Below are positions 54,525 through 64,000 of a stretch of DNA of 64,000 nt, one piece after another. Source of the stretch: a virus. Lineage: Duplodnaviria > Caudoviricetes. The first letter of the stretch is position 1; the number at the start of each line of letters is the position of its first letter. The notes beneath the pieces are model-generated. The model worked only from the letters and a program-made list of their open reading frames with translations, had not been told where the DNA came from and ran no database searches. The DNA is taken from the IMG/VR virus record IMGVR_UViG_2926558313_000004, positions 32,001-96,000 of that record. The stretch is one strand, 5' to 3'. Both the position numbers and the translations under genes were made by a program.

Positions 54525-54553
54525 TTGACTAAAATAATAATTTGTAGTAAAAT
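54525..54553 (+). promoter_or_regulatory. Sigma-A promoter for the yonO operon
   Basis: TTGACT-N17-TAAAAT preceded by CAAAATAAATTAAA. Confidence 0.7.
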
Positions 54554-54659
54554 TAGTACAAGTAATAGAATAGGGAGGTGCTAAAAAGAAGTAATGTATT
54601 TTAATTAAATAAAGTAAATTTAATTATACAAATGAAAATATTTAAAGGAGGATTAATTA

Positions 54660-54968
54660 TTGGGGTATTCAAATGAAGAACAAGAAACAGTTTTAGTGTT
54701 TAATAGAGTTACTGATAAGTGGGATGTATATAGTTGCTGCTCCCCTCATATCACAAAATTAGTCAATACATATGGAATGAAAAAATTCACAGCAGATTAT
54801 GAGGAAGGACGTGAAGCCCCTCTCTCCCTTCGTGGAACGCTGGAAGCAAACCAAGTTTCATTTAGAAAAGGTGAAAAACGCAAACGAGAATTGTCTCCTG
54901 AGCAGTTAGAGGCTCAAAGAGAGCGTGTGAAGAAAATGCGTTTAGCAAGGAAAAACAAATTGAAATAA
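54660..54968 (+). CDS. Phage hypothetical protein
   Basis: RBS AAAGGAGG; EQETVL...ITKL...LSPEQ. Confidence 0.75.
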   Translation: MGYSNEEQETVLVFNRVTDKWDVYSCCSPHITKLVNTYGMKKFTADYEEGREAPLSLRGTLEANQVSFRKGEKRKRELSPEQLEAQRERVKKMRLARKNKLK

Positions 54969-55034
54969 ATTATTAATATATACACCTCTAAAGAATTTAA
55001 AGGAGGAATGTCATGAAGAATTTAAAATTAAACT

Positions 55035-55241
55035 GTGAAAAGGCGGATAATAATGAAGGATCTAAAAAAACATAAATTTAGTGTTAGAGAAGTAATTGAA
55101 TATATAGAATATAAGATTTTACACAATGAAGAAACTGATGAGGAATATGGTTGGTATGTTGACTATCGGTGGTTTGGGATCATAAATAAAGATAGAGTTT
55201 TAAGAAAAATTTTGGATGAGATGCATGAGTATTGGGGGTGA
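55035..55241 (+). CDS. Hypothetical protein (YonP-like position)
   Basis: Small ORF directly upstream of the yonO-like gene. Confidence 0.55.
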   Translation: MKRRIIMKDLKKHKFSVREVIEYIEYKILHNEETDEEYGWYVDYRWFGIINKDRVLRKILDEMHEYWG

Positions 55242-55248
55242 AACATTA

Positions 55249-57798
55249 TTGCTCGATAAACAAGTTTATATTTACAGCCTAGATACAGCAAATTTTTACA
55301 ATGAATTTGAAACAAAAATACATAATAAATTAAATAAATCCTACATATATAAAAAAACATTAAATAAAATAATTAATTCTAAAGATATCGATAAAGAAAA
55401 AAAGGATAAAATACAAACTCGTTTAATATGGAATAATAAAAGAATAAAAAGATTAAAAGACGATTTATATAAAGAGTTTGAAAAAAATAGTGAAACTCGT
55501 AAACTTAAAAAAAGATCTCTTGTAGATAGAAATGTCATTTCGTTATTTGATTCAGTATTAACAAGGACTATAGGAGTAAAACAAAGCGAATTAACTACCG
55601 ATATAATTGTGGTACAGACGTATTTTTTTCAAGTTTTAGAGCAGTTGATACAGGACGGATTTACTTTAGATAATGAAAAATACATATGTTTTACTGCGTC
55701 GGCAGGACAAATTAGAACTAAAAAGACAATGTTTATCAAAGAATCAGTATGGAAGAAACATGAAAAATCTTTGACATGTGGACTAACTGTAGATGATATT
55801 AATGCTAAAGGCGGCATGAATACTAATAAGTATTTGGCGTATCTAGCTTTATGTAATAGTGCTACAGATGAATGGATTGATTTCAATATCGATCGAGCAA
55901 TTGTGGTTGACGATCTTGAAACAGATGTATTCGGAGAAGTTGATTATATAGATGACAAAACATTTGATGTAACTAGAAGATCTATGAGTGTCCCTATTCC
56001 TCATACAGATGGATGTGGAATGATTTTGCCTAAAGTGTCAAGTAAATCATTTATGGTTAGATTACCTTTTATTAAAGGTCTTCTCTCCCCTTTTGATTTT
56101 TATGATTTTGCTAAAGAACATTCCGCTTACATCATCAAAGATATATATGGGAAAGAGTGGGACTTGAGAAAAGATGAAATTGACGTGATCTTTACTCGTT
56201 CGCAATTTAAAATGGCTTCTTTCTATTCTTCTTGGCAGGATTATCGTGAAAAATTTATCAAATATAAGTGTCAGGCAGCTAAATGTAACGTTGAAGAAGG
56301 TGATATACCTGATGCAAAATTAAATTATCAAATGCTACAAACTCTCTCTGATATGACTAATGAAGAACTATATCGAGTATGTGAGCCTACTTTGACAGAG
56401 CTTGAGAATATAGCTACTGACAAATCAACTATGTTTAAAGTATTAGGAATAACTAAATCAAATAAAAATAAAAGTTACATACAGAAGTCTATAGAAGCCT
56501 ACCCTCCACTATTGAACGATTATTACAGTAAAGAGATTTTAAAAAGTAAAAAGAGATCGATGGTAAATGATGCTAGGTCGGCAAAATTAAAAATCAATGG
56601 AAAATATACTTTTATTATTCCTGATCTATATGCTTTTTGCGAAAGAATTTTTTTAAACATTGAAAATCCTCAAGGTTTATTAAATAATGGCGAGGTATAT
56701 TGTAGTTTATACCCTGAGCATGAGGAATTAGATTGTTTAAGAAGTCCTCATCTGTATAGAGAACATGCAGTTAGGAAAAATGTTATTGATTCAATTAAGA
56801 AGAAATGGTTCATTACAAAGGGTTTATATACGAGTGTACATGACTTAATTTCCCGTGAGCTTCAATTTGACTGCGATGGAGATAAAAGTTTGGTGTGCGC
56901 TGACGAAACTATAATTAAGGTCGCTAAAAGAAATATGGAAAATGCAGTTCCTCTTTACTACCAAATGGCAACTGCACAAAAAGGTAAAATAACCAGCGAA
57001 GAAATTTATAAGGGACTGCAAGCTGCTTATAAAGGAAATATTGGGATCATTTCTAATCAAATTTCTAAGATTTGGAATAGCAAAGCAATTAATATTCAGG
57101 CAATTAAATGGCTCACTGCTTATAACAATTATGTTATTGATTATGCGAAAACACTTTACTTGCCAATAATACCTTCTGAAAAAAGAAAGATAATTAACAG
57201 TTACACAAGAAACAAAGTGCCCCACTTCTTTACTTATGCAAAAAAGAAAAAGAAAAGTGAAGTTGAACCTTTAAATAGTAGTGTAGTAAATAAGCTTGAA
57301 AGGATGATTCCTAATAAAAGAATTCAATTCAAAAAAATAGGAGGAGAATTCGATTATAAGTTCCTATTAAAAAACAAAAAAATACAAGTCGATAATAAGA
57401 TTATTGAAAAATATATAGAGTTAGACAGATCTAAAAAGTGGAGATTAAAAAAATCAGATGAGAAAACAAAGTCGAAGTCAGTATTGTATGTATATAATAA
57501 AATACGAAATGAATTATTAGAGATTAATGAAGATCCATATTATATTACTGATGTACTCACAAGATATTTATATGAAAAGGAAAGCTCTCGAAAAGAAACT
57601 TTATGGCAATGTTTTGGAGATATTCTTTATGAAAATTTAACTAAGAATCTCAAAGGGAAAAAATCCTGTGTCTCCTGCGGAACAATAATTAAAGTTGCTA
57701 ATAATAGAGTCAAGTATTGTAGAAAATGCTCCAATGAAAAACAAAAAGAATGGCAGCGAACTAGCATGAAGAAATCTAGAAAGACAAAAAACATGTGA
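55249..57798 (+). CDS. yonO: YonO-like single-subunit DNA-dependent RNA polymerase
   Basis: TASAGQIRTKK, HTDGCG, RLPFIKG, RSPHL, catalytic QFDCDGD, IDYAK, C-terminal Zn ribbon; TTG start after GGGGGTG. Confidence 0.92.
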   Translation: MLDKQVYIYSLDTANFYNEFETKIHNKLNKSYIYKKTLNKIINSKDIDKEKKDKIQTRLIWNNKRIKRLKDDLYKEFEKNSETRKLKKRSLVDRNVISLFDSVLTRTIGVKQSELTTDIIVVQTYFFQVLEQLIQDGFTLDNEKYICFTASAGQIRTKKTMFIKESVWKKHEKSLTCGLTVDDINAKGGMNTNKYLAYLALCNSATDEWIDFNIDRAIVVDDLETDVFGEVDYIDDKTFDVTRRSMSVPIPHTDGCGMILPKVSSKSFMVRLPFIKGLLSPFDFYDFAKEHSAYIIKDIYGKEWDLRKDEIDVIFTRSQFKMASFYSSWQDYREKFIKYKCQAAKCNVEEGDIPDAKLNYQMLQTLSDMTNEELYRVCEPTLTELENIATDKSTMFKVLGITKSNKNKSYIQKSIEAYPPLLNDYYSKEILKSKKRSMVNDARSAKLKINGKYTFIIPDLYAFCERIFLNIENPQGLLNNGEVYCSLYPEHEELDCLRSPHLYREHAVRKNVIDSIKKKWFITKGLYTSVHDLISRELQFDCDGDKSLVCADETIIKVAKRNMENAVPLYYQMATAQKGKITSEEIYKGLQAAYKGNIGIISNQISKIWNSKAINIQAIKWLTAYNNYVIDYAKTLYLPIIPSEKRKIINSYTRNKVPHFFTYAKKKKKSEVEPLNSSVVNKLERMIPNKRIQFKKIGGEFDYKFLLKNKKIQVDNKIIEKYIELDRSKKWRLKKSDEKTKSKSVLYVYNKIRNELLEINEDPYYITDVLTRYLYEKESSRKETLWQCFGDILYENLTKNLKGKKSCVSCGTIIKVANNRVKYCRKCSNEKQKEWQRTSMKKSRKTKNM

Positions 57799-57810
57799 AG
57801 TTTTAGAAAC

Positions 57811-57900
57811 CGCTGAAACCCTTGATACACAAGGGATTGACAGGATAGTGTAAAATATTGATTTTAAACAATCGCTGAAGTCCTTGTATATCAAGGGTTC
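57811..57900. repeat. Two direct-repeated palindromic sites
   Basis: CGCTGAAACCCTTGATACACAAGGG and CGCTGAAGTCCTTGTATATCAAGGG. Confidence 0.7.
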
Positions 57901-57996
57901 TAAGAGATTTATTAAAAATAAGATAATAACCTACAAGGGAAGAGTGACCTTCCCGCTATTAAAATAAAATTAATTGATTAAAAGGAGAAGATTTAA

Positions 57997-58275
57997 ATGA
58001 ATAAAACTGAATTGGTAAATGTGGTAGCAGAGACAACAAAAATGAGTAAGAAAGATGCTGAATTAGCTGTAAATGCGACTTTTCGTGCTATTCAAGACAC
58101 CCTTGTTGCAGGTGAAAAAGTTCAAATTGTAGGTTTTGGTAGCTTTGAAGTTCGAGATCGGGCTGCACGTAAAGGTCGTAATCCTCAGACTGGAGAAGAA
58201 ATTGATATTGCAGCATCTAAAAATCCTGCTTTTAAAGCTGGTAAGCAACTTAAAGAAGCAGTTCAAGGTTCTTAA
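57997..58275 (+). CDS. hup: HU DNA-binding protein (YonN-like)
   Basis: [31 protein letters not shown]...PAFKAGK.LK. Confidence 0.97.
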   Translation: MNKTELVNVVAETTKMSKKDAELAVNATFRAIQDTLVAGEKVQIVGFGSFEVRDRAARKGRNPQTGEEIDIAASKNPAFKAGKQLKEAVQGS

Positions 58276-58541
58276 TTTATAAAATAAAATGAATTAAATT
58301 AAATATTACATATAAAATAGTGGTTTTATTTAGTTAATTAAGGTGGGAAAGGTTCCCCATACGCTTCCTGTCACATTGAGCCAAAAGCTCCTTTTAGTGG
58401 CAGGAAGTTAAAAGAGATATAGGATACGCCGCCCTATTAATTAATTTATAAGATCACTCCCCTCCCCTTTTAAAGCTTGATTAATTAATAAAGCTTTTTA
58501 TTTTAACCTCTAATAATGTCAGATATATAAGGAGTAAATGC

Positions 58542-59840
58542 ATGAAAAAAGTATTCGTTCTCGATACGAATGTTTTACTTTCAGATCCTAATGCAATTTT
58601 TTCATTTGATAATAATATAGTAATTATCCCTACTATTGTCCTTCAAGAGTTAGATCGTAAAAAGGTATTAATGGATGAGGTTGGGCGAAATGCACGACAC
58701 TTTTCAAAAATGGCTGATAAACTCCGTAAGCAAGGAAAATTGCATGAGGGCGTGAAATTAGAAAATGGTGGTACTTTAAAAGTTACTCCTCCACCAGTTG
58801 AATCACGAGTGTATGACAATTTCTTAGATAGTGAAGCTGACAATCGAATAATTGCAACTGCTAAAATGTTATCTGAACAAATGAAGAATAAAGTAGTTGT
58901 TGTATCAAAAGATGTCAATGTCCGATTAAAAGCTGACGCTGAGGACGTCGGAGCTGAGGATTATGAGAATGATAAGGTTATTTCCTCAACTGACGAACAA
59001 TATAAAGGATATAAAATTGTTGAAACCGATGCACATTCATTAAACATTTCGAAAAAAAATGGTTTTGCAGATCTAGATACCGATAATTTAATTGAAAATG
59101 AGTTTGTTTTATTAAGAAATGGGACTCAAGAAGAAATAGCAATAAATAAAAACGGCGCTTTGAATCGATTATATAATTACGAAAAAAATGATTTTGTATA
59201 CGGTTTAAAAGCCAAAAACACCGAACAAAAAATGGCTTTAGAGCTACTTTTGGACGATTCCATACCCCTAGTTACATTGTCAGGAGTAGCTGGAACCGGA
59301 AAGACCTTGCTTGCTTTAGCTGCAGCGCTCCATAAAGTTCAAGATGAGCAAAAGTATAAAAAGGTTATTGTGGCTAGACCGGTTGTTCCTATGGGGAAAG
59401 ATATTGGCTATTTGCCTGGAGAAATGGAAGAAAAACTTCGCCCTTGGATGCAACCTATTTATGATAATCTTGAATTTTTGTTCGATTGTAAAAGTGATAA
59501 AGAATTAAGAGATATGTTGCAGGGATATGAAAAAATAGTACAAGTAGAAGCACTTACTTATATTCGTGGCAGAAGCATTCCTGAACAATTTATTATCATT
59601 GACGAGGCACAAAACCTAACAAAGCATGAAGTGAAGACGATACTGACACGGGTTGGAGAAGGAAGTAAAATTGTTTTAGTTGGTGATCCGTATCAAATTG
59701 ACCACCCTTATCTAGATCAATTTTCTAATGGTCTTACTTATGTAACAGAGAGAATGAAGCACTTAAAAGAGTCTGGACATGTAACTTTGCAAAAAGGTGA
59801 GCGCTCTGATTTGGCGCAGCTCTGCGCAGAATTATTATAA
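58542..59840 (+). CDS. PhoH-family ATPase with an N-terminal PIN domain (PhoH2/YlaK-like)
   Basis: VLDTNVLL, GVAGTGKT, IRGRS, DEAQN. Confidence 0.93.
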   Translation: MKKVFVLDTNVLLSDPNAIFSFDNNIVIIPTIVLQELDRKKVLMDEVGRNARHFSKMADKLRKQGKLHEGVKLENGGTLKVTPPPVESRVYDNFLDSEADNRIIATAKMLSEQMKNKVVVVSKDVNVRLKADAEDVGAEDYENDKVISSTDEQYKGYKIVETDAHSLNISKKNGFADLDTDNLIENEFVLLRNGTQEEIAINKNGALNRLYNYEKNDFVYGLKAKNTEQKMALELLLDDSIPLVTLSGVAGTGKTLLALAAALHKVQDEQKYKKVIVARPVVPMGKDIGYLPGEMEEKLRPWMQPIYDNLEFLFDCKSDKELRDMLQGYEKIVQVEALTYIRGRSIPEQFIIIDEAQNLTKHEVKTILTRVGEGSKIVLVGDPYQIDHPYLDQFSNGLTYVTERMKHLKESGHVTLQKGERSDLAQLCAELL

Positions 59841-59867
59841 TAAAATAAATTATATGATTAAAAGGAG

Positions 59868-60080
59868 ATGGATTTAATGGCTAAAGATACTTTAAATCGT
59901 AAATATACAAACGTAGTGTTGGATCTAGAAAATGGAACATTAACTGAAATGCCTAAAAAGAAAGATGATGAAAAAAGAGAATTTGACTTGATGACTGAGC
60001 TTGCTAAATTTGCTGGTGATGATAAACGAATTGATATTACCATTGTTGAGACATCTGAGCACTTGCCAGATGGCGAATAA
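59868..60080 (+). CDS. YonK-like small protein
   Basis: LDLENGTLTE..K....FDL...LAKF; synteny with yonJ. Confidence 0.6.
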   Translation: MDLMAKDTLNRKYTNVVLDLENGTLTEMPKKKDDEKREFDLMTELAKFAGDDKRIDITIVETSEHLPDGE

Positions 60081-60085
60081 GGATA

Positions 60086-61282
60086 TTGCCTATGGAAAAT
60101 ATCTTAAATAAGCAGCCACAAGAGTCGTTTAACGAATATCACATTCGCCTATATGACAACTTAGATGAATATGGCATTAATTCTCATAAGGCTGCCGAAC
60201 TATTAAACAAAGAGTTAGGTAGTTCTTATAGTGAATCTAAATGGAGAAAAGATCACGCCTCATATCATAAATGGCGGGATTTTATTATATCTCAGAACTA
60301 TGACGAAGACATTCTTGCTAAATATGAATCGATTCGCATTGAGTCTGAAAAAGAAAAAATTCGTAATCAAGATCAAAAACGTGAATTTCGTAAAATGATA
60401 CGACATGAGGCACGTTTTGAAAAGATTAAAGAAGATATTACTAAAGCTGTCTCCTCCCTCACTTTACATAAACCTTTAGAATTTCACTCCCCTGCCCCTT
60501 CTTTCTCCCAAAAAGAAGGGCTTCTTCTTCTCAGTGATTGGCATTTTGGCATGGATGTAGAAAACAGATTTAACAAATTCAATAAAGATATTTTCCTAAG
60601 ACGCATTGAAAAAGTCACTACTAAAGCGATTGAATATGGAAAATTACATAATATTAAAACTATGCATGTTGCTCAACTTGGAGATTTATTTGCTGGTTTG
60701 TTGCACGTAAGCACAAGAGTTCAATCCAATGAGGATATTGTTAATCAATTAACATATGTTGCCGAAGTATTAGCGCAAGTATTAACTAGATTTTGCTCCG
60801 AGTTCCCCAACGTAAAGCTTTATAACGTTATTGGTAATCATGGTCGGGTAATTGCTAATAAAAATGATGTGGGAATAAAAGAGAATTTTGAATATCTTAT
60901 CCCTTGGTTTTTAGAAGCTCGCCTTTCGAGCATCTCAAATATTGAGATTATCAAAGATAGCGATGGATTAATTGAAGCAGACATTATGGGTGAAAAAGTT
61001 TTGTTTGTACATGGAAACTATGATACTGTGGCTAATAGTGCAAAGGCAATTCCACAAATGTTGGGTTATACACCATCACATCTATTCATGGGTCATATCC
61101 ATCACAATGTAGAAAAAGAGCATGGTCTTATGACAGTAACAGTAAATGGATCTTTAATTGGTGTAGATGATCACGCTGTTCAAAAGCGTTTGTTTTCGAA
61201 GCCATCTCAAAAATTCATTGTGTTTGATGAAGATGAGGGCGCAGAAAATACATATTTAATTAAATTAGATAAAATAGCATAA
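60086..61282 (+). CDS. YonJ-like metallophosphoesterase
   Basis: SDWHFG, LGD, GNHGR, VHG, GHIHH, NGSLIG.D. Confidence 0.85.
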   Translation: MPMENILNKQPQESFNEYHIRLYDNLDEYGINSHKAAELLNKELGSSYSESKWRKDHASYHKWRDFIISQNYDEDILAKYESIRIESEKEKIRNQDQKREFRKMIRHEARFEKIKEDITKAVSSLTLHKPLEFHSPAPSFSQKEGLLLLSDWHFGMDVENRFNKFNKDIFLRRIEKVTTKAIEYGKLHNIKTMHVAQLGDLFAGLLHVSTRVQSNEDIVNQLTYVAEVLAQVLTRFCSEFPNVKLYNVIGNHGRVIANKNDVGIKENFEYLIPWFLEARLSSISNIEIIKDSDGLIEADIMGEKVLFVHGNYDTVANSAKAIPQMLGYTPSHLFMGHIHHNVEKEHGLMTVTVNGSLIGVDDHAVQKRLFSKPSQKFIVFDEDEGAENTYLIKLDKIA

Positions 61283-61344
61283 TGCTGGTATGATTCTCAG
61301 GAATCCGATGCCTCCTTTATACAATACTTAAGGAGGATTTATAT

Positions 61345-61929
61345 ATGATTGAAATTAAGACGAATAATGAAAATAACATTCACGATATAATTGAAAAAGA
61401 TTTATTTAATGAGCGTATCATTAACATTAATGATGATGTATCTAGCTATATTCTCGATGATTATATTCCATTAATTCAACGGATTAACTTAGAAGACGAT
61501 AATAATGGAATTAACCCTGAGGATAGAAAACCAATCAAAATTTATGTGAATTCCTATGGCGGATCAGTTTACGATGGGTGGTCGTTAATTTCTCATATTG
61601 TTTCAAGTAAAACACCAGTTTGGACATATTGCTATGGTTACTGTATGAGTATGGGTTTATCTATTTTTGCTGCTGGTCATCGTCGATTCATGAGTAAATA
61701 TGCTACGCTCATGTATCACGAGTTAAGTTCGAGACTTGAAGGTAGCCGTGAAGAAATTAAGCGACAATCAGAAGAGTTTGATAGATTACAAAAAGTATAT
61801 GATGAGTTTTTAATTGAACGCAGTAAGCTGGATCAAGACACACTTATCAAGCATCAAAAGAACGTTAATGATTGGTACATTGATCATGACACTGCAATTG
61901 AATTAGAAATTGCTACTGATTCTATTTAA
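61345..61929 (+). CDS. ClpP-like serine protease
   Basis: YVNSYGGSV, CMSMG (Ser), MYHE (His), DWY (Asp). Confidence 0.88.
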   Translation: MIEIKTNNENNIHDIIEKDLFNERIININDDVSSYILDDYIPLIQRINLEDDNNGINPEDRKPIKIYVNSYGGSVYDGWSLISHIVSSKTPVWTYCYGYCMSMGLSIFAAGHRRFMSKYATLMYHELSSRLEGSREEIKRQSEEFDRLQKVYDEFLIERSKLDQDTLIKHQKNVNDWYIDHDTAIELEIATDSI

Positions 61930-61956
61930 AAATAAATTAAAAGAAATATTTTAAAG

Positions 61957-61982
61957 AGTCTGTTCTACTGAACAGGCTTTTT
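61957..61982 (+). terminator. Intrinsic terminator
   Basis: AGTCTGTTC-tact-GAACAGGCT followed by a T run. Confidence 0.75.
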
Positions 61983-62018
61983 GTAAATGATTCTTTTGAG
62001 GTAAAGAAGGTGAAATAA

Positions 62019-62804
62019 TTGAGCAGAAGACCTAAAGAGACAAAGGAATTAAAAATGTGTCTGAAATGTCTGGACAATAAGCGGAAAATAGAGGATTTTT
62101 ATTTGAGTTACAGTGAGTGGCACGGAGATGCAAGAACTCCAATTTGCAAAAAATGTCTTAAAGAGAAGTTGAATGAAAATGATCCATCATCCGTTAGGAA
62201 TGTTTTAAGAGCAATTGATAAGCCTTATAGACCGCTTGAGTGGGAGAAGGCTTGCAAAGGGAAAACAGATACATTGGGTACTTATTTAAAAAATTTAGGT
62301 TTGAATTATAAAGAAGAAACTTATGACGATAGTATATTTGATAATGAAAACAATTATGAAAGTGAAAATAGATTAGAAGAGAGAAAGATTTACAGTAAAA
62401 AATGGCTTGGTTACTATTACCCATCTGAAATTGAATATTTGGAAGAGTATCTTAATGGATTAGATCGAGATTTTAAAGTTGTTACTTTAAGTCATAAAGA
62501 TTACGCAAAGAAAATTGCTAAAGCAAGCTTACACATGGATAAATGTTTTCAAGAGATGCAAGAAGGCGTTACTAATGCAGATAAGAAGTATAAGGAAGCT
62601 AAAGATATATTTGATACATTATCTAAATCAGCAAAATTTTCGGAAAGTCAAAGAGGTATAAATGAAGTTGGTTTAGGATCTTTTTCTCAAATTGTTGATA
62701 TGGTTGAAAGTAACACTTATGTTTATGAACATAAAAATGATTTAGATAAAGATAGTTACGATAAACTTATAGATGATTTTAAGCACATCTATAAGTCATT
62801 GTAG
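62019..62804 (+). CDS. YonG-like protein, putative terminase small subunit
   Basis: CLKC...FY...PICKKC; directly upstream of the terminase large subunit. Confidence 0.6.
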   Translation: MSRRPKETKELKMCLKCLDNKRKIEDFYLSYSEWHGDARTPICKKCLKEKLNENDPSSVRNVLRAIDKPYRPLEWEKACKGKTDTLGTYLKNLGLNYKEETYDDSIFDNENNYESENRLEERKIYSKKWLGYYYPSEIEYLEEYLNGLDRDFKVVTLSHKDYAKKIAKASLHMDKCFQEMQEGVTNADKKYKEAKDIFDTLSKSAKFSESQRGINEVGLGSFSQIVDMVESNTYVYEHKNDLDKDSYDKLIDDFKHIYKSL

Positions 62805-62812
62805 GTGTCATT

Positions 62813-63082
62813 ATGAGTTCATACAATAATTTCAGTCAAAAAAGTAGACAAAAAAAAGATTTTACTTATGCAAATTTTGATCATCCTGATAGTCATGATC
62901 CAATAAAAAAAGAACAAATTAATATTGAGTCTTGGAGGAAGTTCATTTCTTATTATAGACATCATATTGATGAGTTTGCGATTGATATTTTAGGTATCAA
63001 CCTTTATCCTTTTCAAAGGTTAATATTAAGGTCTATGGCACGGTATAAAGAATCCATGTTTATTGCAAGCCGAGGGCTGGGT
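62813..63082 (+). CDS. Terminase large subunit (YonF-like), first exon or N-terminal fragment
   Basis: ILGINLYPFQRLILR, then Walker A IASRGLG, broken before the expected K. Confidence 0.8.
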
Positions 63083-63143
63083 AGATTATGTAAGTATTAT
63101 AATTATCATAGTCTCACAATTTAAATAAAGGAGATGAGGTTTA

Positions 63144-63983
63144 ATGAGTAGGTATACCTACAATAAAAACTTCTTTGAAAAAATTGATTGTGAGAAAAAA
63201 GCTTATTGGCTAGGCTTCCTGTACGCAGATGGATGTATTAATAGATATTATCGAAATGAAAAACTAAATGCGATGTCTTTAGAAATAGGATTAAGTGATA
63301 AAGATAGAGATCATTTACAGAAATTCTTAAGTGATATAGAATCAAATGTACCTATAAAAAGCAAAGTTGTAAAACTTAACGGAGAAAAATATAATTCTAG
63401 TAAAGTTGTAGTTTGCAACACTAAAATGTGCAGAGACTTAATTAAACTGGGATGCACTCCTCAAAAAAGTTTAACTTTAACATTTCCGAATGAAAATATC
63501 CTTCCTAAACAATACATTAGAGATTTCATTAGAGGGTATTTTGATGGAGATGGCTGTATATTTTTTGGAGAATATGATAGTTTGAAATCTTTAAAAATTA
63601 TAATTGTTGGTACTTTTAATATGGTAAAAGCTATAGAATATCACTTTAAAGAAAATCAAATAAACATTAATCCTATGATCAAACAAAAAGGCAAGGCATA
63701 TCAAATGGTTATCTCTGGATTCGATAATATTAATGAAATACATACATATTTTTATGAAAACTCAACTGTTTATTTAAATAGAAAACATGAGAAATTTACC
63801 GAGTCATTAAATTATATAAATCAAAATAGGAAAAGTACATCTGGTAAAACAGGTGTATATTTCGACAAAAGAAGTAATCGTTGGGTTGCTTCTTTTTGTT
63901 TTGACGGTAAAAGAAAACAATTAGGGAGTTTCATAAATAAAGAAGATGCAATTAAAGCTAGAAAAGAAGCCGAATCATTATAA
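63144..63983 (+). CDS. Double-motif LAGLIDADG homing endonuclease with a C-terminal AP2 domain
   Basis: YWLGFLYADGC, FIRGYFDGDGC; SGKTGVYFDKRSNRWVA...LGSF..KEDAIKARKEAE. Confidence 0.9.
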   Translation: MSRYTYNKNFFEKIDCEKKAYWLGFLYADGCINRYYRNEKLNAMSLEIGLSDKDRDHLQKFLSDIESNVPIKSKVVKLNGEKYNSSKVVVCNTKMCRDLIKLGCTPQKSLTLTFPNENILPKQYIRDFIRGYFDGDGCIFFGEYDSLKSLKIIIVGTFNMVKAIEYHFKENQININPMIKQKGKAYQMVISGFDNINEIHTYFYENSTVYLNRKHEKFTESLNYINQNRKSTSGKTGVYFDKRSNRWVASFCFDGKRKQLGSFINKEDAIKARKEAESL

Positions 63984-64000
63984 ATTTGATAACTATATTA

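Larger units (their letters stand above)
1..64000. mobile_element. Part of a large SPbeta-like temperate Bacillus phage genome
   Basis: Gene content and order match SPbeta: terminase-yonG-yonJ-yonK-HU-yonO on one strand; yonT-like toxin, yopP-yopQ-yopR, yopS, yopT and many small ORFs on the other. Firmicute RBSs and sigma-A promoters. Confidence 0.9.

Noticed and set aside
55163-62424. Minus-strand ORFs antisense to yonO, HU, PhoH and neighbours
   Set aside because: Shadow frames of well-supported plus-strand genes.
1-64000. tRNA or rRNA genes
   Set aside because: No cloverleaf with a T-loop GTTCRA in proper context and no rRNA-like sequence noticed by eye; tRNAscan was not run.

Overview
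AT-rich segment of a large SPbeta-like temperate Bacillus phage (or prophage/phage-plasmid). Bases 1-54400 are almost all minus-strand. They hold a long array of small accessory ORFs, an intact IS200/IS605 element (tnpA+tnpB), the SPbeta-type repression module (yopP/yopQ/yopR, yopS, yopT homologues, with no aimR/aimP beside it), an early region with repeated sigma-A promoter/operator units, two type I toxin-antitoxin loci, a replication block (UvrD, HTH initiator with iteron origin, RecD2) and a wHTH-tubulin-M23-membrane-FtsK module. Bases 54600-64000 are plus-strand: YonO-like RNA polymerase, HU, PhoH, YonK/YonJ, ClpP-like protease, and a terminase gene broken at its Walker A motif by a LAGLIDADG-AP2 endonuclease. 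The most striking unexplained structure is that the small genes are delimited by two families of fixed-spacing junction elements, TAAAA-N6-TTTTA (about 30 copies) and CCAG-N16-CTGTTATA (9 full copies plus 1 truncated). These often overlap stop codons, which suggests a gene-cassette system. The cargo includes candidate counter-defence proteins (tandem Csx16-like, orphan VbhA, terminase N-terminal mimic, Pth2). All family assignments were made by eye from motifs and synteny; no database search was run.
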